From the NCBI GenBank assembly GCA_964016885.1, contig OZ024742.1, positions 200,942,001 through 201,006,000 on the forward strand: 64,000 nt of DNA, given 5' to 3'. Below, piece by piece: positions 53,769 through 64,000 of the stretch; within the stretch, counting starts at the first letter, position 1; each line of letters starts with the position of its first letter. The notes beneath the pieces were generated by a model. The model did not search any database and was not told the origin of the DNA. It was given only the letters and a program-made list of their open reading frames with translations. The stretch comes from Eledone cirrhosa (Eukaryota). The position numbers and the translations under genes are program-made.

Positions 53769-55569
53769 TTGGTGTTGAAAGTGAAGAAAGAAAAGTACTT
53801 ACCTCTCCGGGTTGCGTAATTTCCATGGCATCAGGTGTGTTGGGTGGAGGGATGTTTTGTGGTGGTGTGGGGGTACACGTGTGTGGTGGGGTTGGGGTAT
53901 TTGGAGTTGTGTCAGGGAGAGGGGCGGTTATGGGGAAATCTTTCAAGAGGACGCGATTCAACGGTTTTAAACAGGGGGGGGGGGGGTCACGTCCCGTCTA
54001 AATTGTTCTTTTAAGGAACGATAAAGGTCCAGAGGGACCTTTATCATTTTTAAATGGGTGAAGTTCTCTGTTGAGATAAAGTTTGGCCTTTCGGTCTGCA
54101 CCATAGGGTTATTGTTTATTAATTTAACCAGTTTTTTGTTTTATTTATTTATATATGTGTATTGCAACGTCTTTTTTTGTGATGCTGTCAATGTTTCGGA
54201 GAGGGGAGGCGCAGATTTATTTTTGTTTGTTGAGGGTGGGGTGTTTTTGAATGGAGTTGGTGTTTGTGTGTGGGTTATTTGTGGTGTGCTGGGTGTGTGT
54301 TTTCTTTTTTTTCTTTTAACTTGTCTGAAGGCTTCTCCTCCTTCTTCTTCAGAAGTTGGGGGAAACTCTTCAGCGCTAGGTGGGAGGGACGTGTTGTGTG
54401 GTTGTTTTTTTTTTGCGGGAGGGGTAGATTTGTTACTGTTTTTTTTATTGTTTGTTTGGAATGGGTTTTGTGGTGGTGGTGGTAATGTTTGTGTCGTGCT
54501 TGTGGTTGGTGATTTTTGTGTCGTGCTTGTGTTTGGTGCTGGTGGTGGTGATGTTTGTGTTGTGTTTGTGGTTGGTGGTGTCTGTATTTTGTTTGCTGTG
54601 TGTGGTATTAGTGTATTTTTGGAGGTGGGTGGTGTTGGTGTACTGTTTGTGGTGGGTGTGGGCAATAGTCCTTTTTGGGGGATACGTTTCGGGCAGTTAG
54701 CCTTAACGTGTCCCCTTTCCATGCATAAATAGCATGCTGGTCTTCTCCCCTCTACAATTATGTCTATTGGGGTAAGGTCATCCAGCCAGATGCGATCCGG
54801 GATTTGTGCTATTCTTTCGGGCCTGATTTGGACTAGTATGTCGAGGCCCATTCCCAGGAACGCATCTCCAGTTGCCTTCCCCATTGACAGCATTGTGTCT
54901 TGCCCATATCAATGAAGCCAGCAATAGCCCACCAGAAGTCCATTGTGGGCAGCATTGTTTTTACTTTTACTCTCTGTGTTCTTCTACCCATGTAGGAGGG
55001 ATAGAAGCTATATGTTGTCGATGAGAGTGGGCTTAGGGAAAGCTTCTCCGCCGTTTCTTTGTCTCTTGTTAGGACCGAAATGCTGCCATAGAGTCGGTCC
55101 TTTCGTATGAAGAGAATATTCTTCATATAGTCTTTTAGGACTAACTCTATTTCCATTTGGCTGGGCTGTGCTGGCTTTCTTGTCTGGTTCAGTATAGTTC
55201 TGTAGAGAACTGTGTTTTCTGCTCTGGCTTTCTTGAATTCTGGGGGGGGGGGGGGGGGTTAATGGAAAACATTCCGTTCTCCCCCAAAACAATGTGTTTC
55301 TTTGCTTCGGCCAGTTTTTCTCTGGCGGCAGTTAGGTCAATTGGTGTGTATGTAATGGATTATTTTGTTTTCTGGGCGAAAGTTGCCCTGTCGTTATTTG
55401 TATTATTTTCTGTTTGTTTGTTTTCTGTTTGCTCATTTTCCTTAACATTTGTTTTTTCATTTTCTTTGTTTGTTTCAATGTCTAATTTTGTTGTAATTAT
55501 TTTTTGTTCTTCAGACTTGGGGGGCGTGGCAGAGCTAATGGCAGACATGTCTGCCATCTTTTCCGCCAT
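53764..55569 (-). pseudogene. Tx1 ORF1 (gag-like zinc knuckle, P/T-rich linker), frameshifted
   Basis: ORF pieces 55360-55596, 54833-55156, 54141-54893 and 53764-53961, homologous to ORF1 in copies A, D and E4. Confidence 0.85.
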
Positions 55570-55796
55570 GCTGCCAAGAAAGAAATTTTTCGGCAAAAAT
55601 AGATATTTATTTTACCCCCTAAAAAGGGGGTAAATGCAAAAATGTTTCCCTAAATAACAGGGGTTAGTGTTCCAAATGTGTTGCACTGAAAAATTTATCC
55701 GGTACTTACAATGGTAAGGGTCAATCCCGATGGAATAGCGGAGCCGATGTGAAGCGTGTCTTACTCTATCAAGATAGATAGATAGATAGATAGATA

Positions 55797-58700
55797 TGTT
55801 TCTTTTATTTGTCACCAGGCCATCAAAAGTGGGACAAGTACAATGGGGGGAGTTTACAAAACAAGGCGTCCTCAATAAGGAGGAGGCAATAACAATATAT
55901 AAAAATAAAATAAAATATAACAAAAATAAAATTTATAACAAAGTCCTCAATAGAGAGGGGGCGCCATGGGGGGTCGCACACACCCCCGAAAAAAGTGTGC
56001 AACCCTTTCCCCTCAGGAGCACAGAGAAGGGGTGCTCCCTTGGTATTTCATCTTCCTCACCTATAGTCTGATGTAGAGTGAAGGCCCATTCACACGGGCC
56101 ATTCTCGCCACTTTCACCCATCTTTCATAGAAACGGCTGGGGTGCAGCACCTCTCTCTCCATCCTGATCCTTCTTCCGAAATGATATCGGAAGAAAAGGA
56201 CCAGTTGTTGGCCAGAGAGAAAGGTGTCTGACCTCAGTCCTTTCAGACGCGTCCACCATACAACCTCTTTCGCCATGGCTATTACGCACTGAAACACCGC
56301 CTCTCCTTCGTTTTTGAAGAGGGGAGGCGGCTTGATCATTACAATAGACTCGGTGGTCAACCGGATCGGTCCCACCCTTGACAGCAGTTGTTCGACATAG
56401 CCCCACAGATCGGCAATTCCCGAGCAGTGTACCAATGCGTGTGCAACGGTTTCCTCGTCGCACACGCATCTGGGACAGATCTTTTTCGAGGGGTCCCTAC
56501 CCGGGCGCCCGGGTCTGTAGAGCCTTTCTCGAACGGGCAGAGCCCTTCTGTAGCATTGCTAGGCCAGGGACCTCTTGAAGTTATCCATGGGTCCCGGGCT
56601 GAATGTCCTACTGAACAGGTTGGCCAGTTCGTCTTCCTCCATGCCTAGGGCTTCTCCGAGGGCGTCGTCGTACCTGCTAAACACCAGCCCTCTATAGAAT
56701 GACGAGGTGGATTCTCCACTGACAGCCGGGTCCGCCTGCCAGAGAGCCGTGAGCGCCTGGGCACACTCGGTGTGCCAGGCGCCCAGTTTTCTCAGTCTTT
56801 GCTTGACCCAGGATTGCAGCTCGGTGAATGAGACGAGTCTGGGAAAGGCTCGCCTCACAAACGGGGCCCACATGGGTTGACCGGAGAGGAATACCTGAAG
56901 GTGCCGTAGCCTTAATGCGTGTTTACGTATCATTAGCCACGGCATCCCCAGCCCTCCTTTCGAAGGGTGTTGACAGCAGATGGATCTCCTCACCATAGGA
57001 GCCCGCTTCTTCCAAAGGAATTGGAAGAGTGCGCGCTCCATTTTGGCGAGCGTTTCCCTTGGGCAAGGCACGACGGTCAGGCGGTAGTAGATGACGGACG
57101 CTATATAAGTGTTCGCCACCTCCGCCCGACCTTTCAGGGACAGTTTGCACTCGGCCCACTTCTGGGTCAGTGCAAACACCCTGTTCGTCACCTCACCCCA
57201 GTTCTTCTCCACCTGGAGGTCTGGTCTGAACCAGACCACGAGCAACTTCACCGGGCCCTCCGTCCAGCGCCCGACGACGCCATCGGAGGGCATCGATCTG
57301 CCCCTCCACGTGCCGAGTTGCAGACCGATCGACTTGTCCCGGTTCAGCTTAGCCCCTGTAAACCTTTCGTACTCCTCCAGTAAGGTGCCGATCGCCCCGA
57401 TTTCCGAGGCCGTCGACACCATTACTGTTACGTCATCGGCGTAGGCTGACACCGCTTTCCGCAATCCCGGTTCCAACGGGATGCCCTGCAACAACTCCAA
57501 CTTCCGCAGCAGTGGCTCTAGAGTCATTACATACAGAAGGGAGGAGAGAGGGCACCCCTGTCGGATGGACCGCGCGATTTCGAACGGCTCCGAGAGGTAG
57601 CCGTTCACCTTGACCCTAGAGCAGATGTGGCTGCTGTGCATGGCATTGATCCAGCCCCTGAAAACGGGTCCGAAGCCTGCCGCCGCTAGCACCGCATCCA
57701 GGTAACCATGGTCGACCCTATCGAATGCCTTAGATTGATCCAAGTTGATCAGGGCCCCACCAAAGCCGGGTTCGTTCCCAACCCTCTCTATGATGTATCG
57801 CATGAGGTGGAGGTTATCGTGGATGGACCTGGACGGGATAGCACATGTCTGCGCATCTCCCACCAGATTGCCCACGACAAGCGCCAACCTCTTTGCTAGC
57901 ACCTTGGCCAAAATCTGTAACTCTGTATTTAGCAGAGTTATGGGCCTGAAATTATTTATATCGTCCCCCTTGTTCTCGTCCTTCCTCACTAGCGTGACTA
58001 CGCCCTTGGTCACAGCACAGGGAATTCTCCCGTTCTATTGCCAGTTGCAGTAGACCGCCTCGAGGAGATCGGGGAACAAGTCCGGCATAGCTAGATATAG
58101 TTCGTATGGAAGACCATCGAGACCCGGGGATTTGCGTTTGCCGCATTGGCTCAGCACGTCCTCTATCTCAGCGGCTGAAATCGGCTCCTCGCAGGACTTC
58201 GCCTCCCTGTCCGAGAGACGCGGCAGGCCGTCGAGGTATGGACCGAAGTCCACGTCCCCAACCGGCCCCCCCGCCCCTTCCGAACAATCCGGCAAAGTGC
58301 TTTTGAAAAGCCTCGCACATCTGCTTAGGTTCAAGGATCACCCGTCCATCCTGGTCTCGCAAAGACCGGATAGTGGATCTACTCCCTCTTCTGGCTTCTG
58401 TCACGCGGGCCCAGCTAACAGCTTTGGTCCCCTCGTTTCCCAGAGCACGTATTTTGCTTCGGACGATGCAGCCTTCGTGTTTCGCGTCGAAGAACTGGCC
58501 CAGGGCCGTTCTCGACGCTAGCACTCTGGCCACGTCGCCGCTTCTAATTGCCTCTTCTACACTATCTACCAACTCCCTTTCCTTCCTGTTTCTATTGGAG
58601 GCTAACTCCTTACTAAATTCTATAGAGACTACTGTAATCTCTCTTTTGAGAGATCCCCACCACCTGCTGTTGACGATGGCGCCCGTCAACCGCTCCCTAA

Positions 58701-60174
58701 CTAAGGTGCTAATCCGGTCCCTGTAAGCCTTACTTGCCGGTAAGGACAAGTTGAGCTTCCAGTAACCGGGTCCCTCTCTATGAGTTCTGTCAAGGTTGAT
58801 CATGCAGATCACTAACTTGTGGTCTGAATAGCCAACCATGCGCATTTTTGGACAACTTAAAAAGTCCTTATCCTTAATTCTAACTAAGAACCTATCTAGG
58901 TACGACCTAGATTATCCGCTACGATTTGCCCAAGTCCAGGTTGGCGCAGTCGGAAAATCTAGTCGATATCTATCGGCCAGGTCAAATCGACCGATTAACC
59001 CTTTGAGGCTATTACACCCCTCTCTATCGGGACAGGCCCCTACGTAGTCCCAGCGTGCATCTAGGATACCATTCCAGTCCCCCACTAATAGCAAGGAGCG
59101 GAACGTCCCTAGAAAAGTCTCCAGACGATGGAAGAAGTCCGGCCGCATTGACCCGAAAGGGCCGTAGGCGGCTACCAACCTAAACGCTCCGCCTTTAACA
59201 CTGCCAAGATCCAGAACCACTAGTCGACCCCCCGGGTCCAAATGTACCATCTGTGTTGCGAGACCCAGATGTTTTTGCAGCAGAACGACAACTCCACCCC
59301 CACCTCCGGGCTGACAGAGAGATGCGTGCATCTCAAAGTCATCAAAGGTGGGGGCCAGCTGTCGCACGTTGCTGATCCGAGCCTCGCAAATAACCATCAC
59401 ATCTATACGTTGTGACCTTTAGAAGCATTGCTTGCTTACAAGTTGAGCCCAGGCCACGCGCATTTAAACAGCCTACTCTTAGCATAGCCATGTTGGTGGT
59501 GAAGAGAAAAGGCACTTACCTCTCTGCGTCCCGGGTATCGGGCTGCACAATTTCCATTAGGGTGGGGGGTGGGTTGTTGGGTGGGGTGGTGGTTTGTGGA
59601 AGTGTAGGGGCATCAGTGTGTTGTGTGGTTGGGGAGCTTGGAGTTGTGTGGGTGTTTGGGGAGGGGGTGGGGTAGTTTTTTAGGAGGACGCGGTTAATGG
59701 GCCCGACGCAGGGGGGACCCACGTCCTCTTTAAAATTGTTTTTTAAAGTTTTATAGGTGTCCTGTGGGGCCTTAATCATTTTGAGGTGGGGGAAATCCCC
59801 TGCCTGGGTGAAGTTAGGCCCTTGTGTTTTTATTAGATTGTTGTTGTATACAATGTTTAGCAGTTTTTTGTTTCTTGTGTTTATGTATGTGTATGCATGT
59901 TTTTGTTTTTGGGTGGTGTTTTTTGTTTGCTGTTGTTGTGAGCTCTTTTGTGTTGGTGTCAGTGTTATGTTTTGGGGAGGGGTTGTTTTCATTTGTGTGT
60001 CTGAGGTGTGTTTTCTTTTTTTTCTTTTGATTGTGTGGAAGTGCTCCTCCTCATCTGACGACGAACTAGGGTCACCTTCCGCGTTGGAGGGGAGGGGTAT
60101 ATTTTCGGGTTGTGTTTGCGGTGCGGGTGTTTTGGAAATTGTTTTTGTTTTTTGAGTGGAGGGGATGGGTTGGA

Positions 60175-60178
<4 letters not shown>
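55797..60178 (-). mobile_element. Tx1 copy E4 (5'-truncated in ORF1)
   Basis: ORF1 C-terminus; ORF2 ATG at about 59491; APE/RT/CCHC fragments; same subfamily as B and E1. Confidence 0.93.
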
Positions 60179-60246
<68 letters not shown>

Positions 60247-60264
60247 TGGTTAGGTAGATAGATA

Positions 60265-61162
60265 AATTTCTTTATTTGCCACAAGGGCGCACAAGAAATG
60301 GGACATTACAGGACGTATGGCATGGATTTTACATTTAAGTATGTAAACAAAAGTTTTGACATTTATAAAAACAATAAATAACAAACGAAATCCCCAATAA
60401 GGGGGAACGTTACAATTAGGTTGTTTTAAACCCCCTAGAAGTAACAACCCTCAACTCCAGGAACATGTTTTATAAGTGAACCTAGCTTCAGGTTTATATA
60501 CTGAGAAAACCCAATCACTCGGGCCATTTTCGACACATTCACCCACCTTTCAACGAATTTAGTGGAGTGCAGCACCTCAATCTCCACTCTCATTTTCATA
60601 CTGAAGTGGTATTTAAAGAAGAGAATGAGTTGCTGTCCGGAGAGGAAGGTGTCTGTCTTCAGTCCTTTTAATGTGGTCCACCATATTACCTCTTTCGCCA
60701 CAGCCATCAGACATAGGAAAACCGCCTCCCCTTCGTTTTAAATGAAGGTGGCGGCATGATCCTCATGATGGACTCGGCTGTCAATTGGATTTGTCACACA
60801 CGTGACAGTAGCTGTTCGCCATAGTTCCACAGGTCGCCCACCCGGGGCACTCTACAATTGCGTGCAGAACGGTTTCAATGTCCCGTTCGCATCTTGGACA
60901 GGTCCTTTTGGCAGGATCCCTGCCAGGGAATCCGTGCCTGTAGATGTTGTCTCGAACTGGTAGAGCTTCTCGGTAGCACTGCCAGGTCAGAGAACTTTGG
61001 AAGTTATACATAGGTCCTGGACAGAAATATTCCTCCCGAATAGACTGGTCAGTTCGTCCTCCGCGACGCCAAGAGACTCCCCGAGAACATCGTCACACTT
61101 ATCCTACACCAACCCTCTATAGAATGTCGAAGTGGAGTCCCCGCTGATTGCCGTGTCTGCCT
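60265..61162 (-). mobile_element. Tx1 copy E5 (3' fragment, more divergent)
   Basis: WQCYR..CPRC..ETVLHAIVEC and 3' UTR with AATAAA. Confidence 0.88.
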
Positions 61163-61178
61163 GATAGGTAGATCGATA

Positions 61179-62557
61179 TCTTTCTTTATTTGCCACAGGG
61201 GCGTACAAAAATGGGACATTACAAGACGTGACGGCGGGGGTTTTACATAAAATCTTTAACATTAATAAATAACAATAAACTATATATAATAAAATAACAA
61301 TTGAAGTCCCCAATAGGGGGGAACGTTACTGCAGGGTTGTTTTGCACCCCGTGGATAGAACAACCCTCAACACCAGGAACACGTTTTGTAGGTGTTCCTG
61401 TCTTCCTTCTGTTTATCTTCCTCAACCTACAGGTTTATATACAGAGAAGGCCCATTCAATCGGGCCATTTTCGCCACATTCACCCACCTTTCAGCGAATT
61501 TACTGGGGTTCAACACCCCTCTCTCCACTCTCACCTTCCTTCTGAAGTGATACTTAAAGAAGGGGATAAGTTGATGTCCTTTTATCCTCGTCCACCATAT
61601 TACCTCTTTCGCTATAGTCACCAGACAGAGGAAAACCGCATCGCCTTCGTTCTTAAATGAAGGCGGCGGGGTGATCCTCACGATGGACTCGGCTGACAAC
61701 TAGATGCGTCCCACACGTGACAGTAGCTATTCGACATAATTCCACAGGTCGGTCACGCTGGGCACTGAACAATTCCGTGCAGAACGGTTTCGATGTCCTG
61801 CTCGCATCTTGGACAGGTCCTTTTGGCAGAATCTCTGCCAGAGCGACCATGCCTGTAGATTTTGCCTCGAACTGGTAGAGCTCCTCGGTAGCGCTGCCAG
61901 GCCAGAGACCTCTGGAAGTTATCCATAGGCCCTGAACGGAAAGTCCTCCCGAACAGACTGGTCCTTGATGCCTAGAGTTTCCCCGAGAACGTCGTCGCAC
62001 TTATCCTCCACTAATCCCCTATAGAATGTCGAAGTGGAGTCTCCTCTGATTGCCGTTTCCGCTTGGTAGAGGGCTGTGAGCGCCTATAGGCACTCGAGGT
62101 GCCAGGCTCCCATTTTCGGTCTTCGCTTGACGCAGAACTGCAGCTCTGTTAGTGAGACGAGTTGTGGAAGAGCTTGTCTTACAAATGACAGCCACACCGG
62201 TTCACCGGTCAGGAATACCTGGAGATGGCGTAGCCTCAGCGCGTGTTTGCGTATCATCAGCCACGGCCTGCCCAGCGCTCCGTTAGAAGGGTATTGACAG
62301 CAGATGGATCTCCTCAACAATGGAGCCTATTTCTTTAAGAGGAACTTGAAGAGTAGGCGTTCCATTTTGGTAAGATATTCGCGGGGGCAAGGCACGACTG
62401 TCAAGCGGTAGTAGATGTTTGCTCTCAGCCCACTTCTGGGTGAGTGGAAACACCTTCGCCGTGACCTCGTTCCAGTTCTTGTCCACCTGGAGGTCTGGAC
62501 CAAACCAGACCCCGAGCAATTTCACTGGTCCTTCCGTCCAGTGCCCAACGACACTGT
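61179..62557 (-). mobile_element. Tx1 copy E6 (3' fragment, decayed)
   Basis: KLLGVWFGPDL to C-terminus; flanked by degenerate (TAGA)n at 62558-62790. Confidence 0.88.
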
Positions 62558-62806
62558 AGGTGTAGATAGATAGATCGATAGATAGGTAGAGAGATATACA
62601 GAAAGATCAATATATAAATATTGGATATATATCTAAATAGATAGATAGATTTATAGATAGTTAGATAGATATAGGTAAATAAATAGATCGATAGATTAAT
62701 ACACAGATATACAGGTACATAGAAGGATAAACATATAATAGACAAGTAAATATATCTATCTATCCATCCATCTATCTACCTACCTATATACATACACACA
62801 CTCACT

Positions 62807-62838
<32 letters not shown>

Positions 62839-63334
62839 TATATATATATAGACATACAAACTTATAAATACATATAGATACGAGACAAGATAACAAACCG
62901 TGGGCGTTAACAGGCGTCGTACGTGTATACACTGTGTTAAGGTCTTATTAGACCGTTCTCCCCAATCGTTAGTAGGGTTGCAGAAGCAACACTGCTTATA
63001 CGAGTGACCTATCTAACTGTAATGGAGATAGGGAGGAGACGAGGATCATCTGAATTAGAGCAGATGTAAAATTGGAATCAATAGAAGATGGTTTGTTTAG
63101 AAAACATTTAAGTTTCATGTGATTTCTTCTTGTCTCAAATTACGTCTTTATCTGCAGTTTGTTTTAACATTTAACGTTATATATACTATAAGACTAGACA
63201 TTTTATGTAGTTAGTCGTTACATACACTCACCCAAACAAAAGTAATAATTATATAGAGCCTCAGCGTCAATTTGACATTATTTAAACGAGTAGGTCTATG
63301 AAGCAATATGTATGTATTGGTGTATGTCTGTACG

Positions 63335-63424
<90 letters not shown>

Positions 63425-63503
63425 ATCAAGGAATGCACGAGCAAGAGAAATTTAAAGTAAAAGATATTTATACTCACGTCAATTTTCCCTTATTGCATTT
63501 TTA

Positions 63504-63562
<59 letters not shown>

Positions 63563-63694
63563 ATTATATATATATCCATATATACATATATCTATTAAAC
63601 TAACCGATTGGGAGTTTATTATAAATTGAAGTTAAATCCAACAAGTACATGTGTTTTTCCTGGCAGCATGACCCACCAAAAGTATAACTGCATA

Positions 63695-63776
<82 letters not shown>

Positions 63777-63807
63777 AAAGAATAGAGGTGTAACACACAA
63801 GTTATTA

Positions 63808-64000
63808 TATATTGGTAAACGGAATAGAAAATGCTGACAAATTGTTCACAGTTGAAAAATGGTTTAATTAGGAATAAAAGAGTATTAGTGATTGTATGGG
63901 TTAGTATTCAGTAGTGGTTTTAAGTTTTTAAGTTTTTACCGGTTGCGCATTTCTAAATGCTTTTCAAAAATAATTTTGAGATAGAGTGTCCGTGCTGTTT
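63808..64000 (-). repeat. Second copy of the 783-960 repeat (runs off the window)
   Basis: Reverse-complement match to 783-960. Confidence 0.7.

Larger units (their letters stand above)
50098..55772 (-). mobile_element. Tx1 copy E3, apparently full-length (about 5.7 kb)
   Basis: About 200-bp 5' UTR starting at the (TATC)n tract; ORF1 from ATG about 55569 with CYLCMERGHVKANCP; ORF2 APE-RT-CCHC in three frames (53758-53540, 53610-52606, 52630-50330). Confidence 0.93.

Noticed and set aside
46395-62557. Array as segmental tandem duplication or assembly collapse
   Set aside because: Neighbouring copies differ in sequence, 3' UTR and truncation point; closest relatives are in the other array or in non-adjacent positions.

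Overview
Eukaryotic, repeat-dominated intergenic or intronic DNA. The (TA)n/(TG)n/(GA)n/(TATC)n density and SINE types look like a cephalopod/octopus-type genome (inference). I found no supportable host gene. Main contents: (1) ten copies plus one 26-bp stub of a Tx1-group L1-clade non-LTR retrotransposon (zinc-knuckle ORF1; APE-RT-CCHC ORF2). Every copy ends in a (TATC)n tract in element sense, and most 5'-truncated ends abut one too, forming two head-to-tail arrays (+ strand 15.9-27.0 kb, - strand 46.4-62.6 kb) that include one apparently full-length copy. (2) A decayed CRE-like RLE retrotransposon with an N-terminal PHD finger. (3) Penelope-like (GIY-YIG) fragments, many fold-back palindromes and hammerhead-ribozyme motifs. 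(4) A HINE-like non-autonomous Helentron with internal satellites. (5) A PHD-bearing fragment between 175-bp inverted repeats. (6) tRNA-derived SINEs and minisatellites. Best leads: apparent (TATC)n/(GATA)n target specificity shared by several Tx1 subfamilies; a conserved splice donor at the ORF1 end paired with an acceptor-like site at the ORF2 stop; and hammerheads at palindromes. Coordinates were read by eye and may be off by a few bp.
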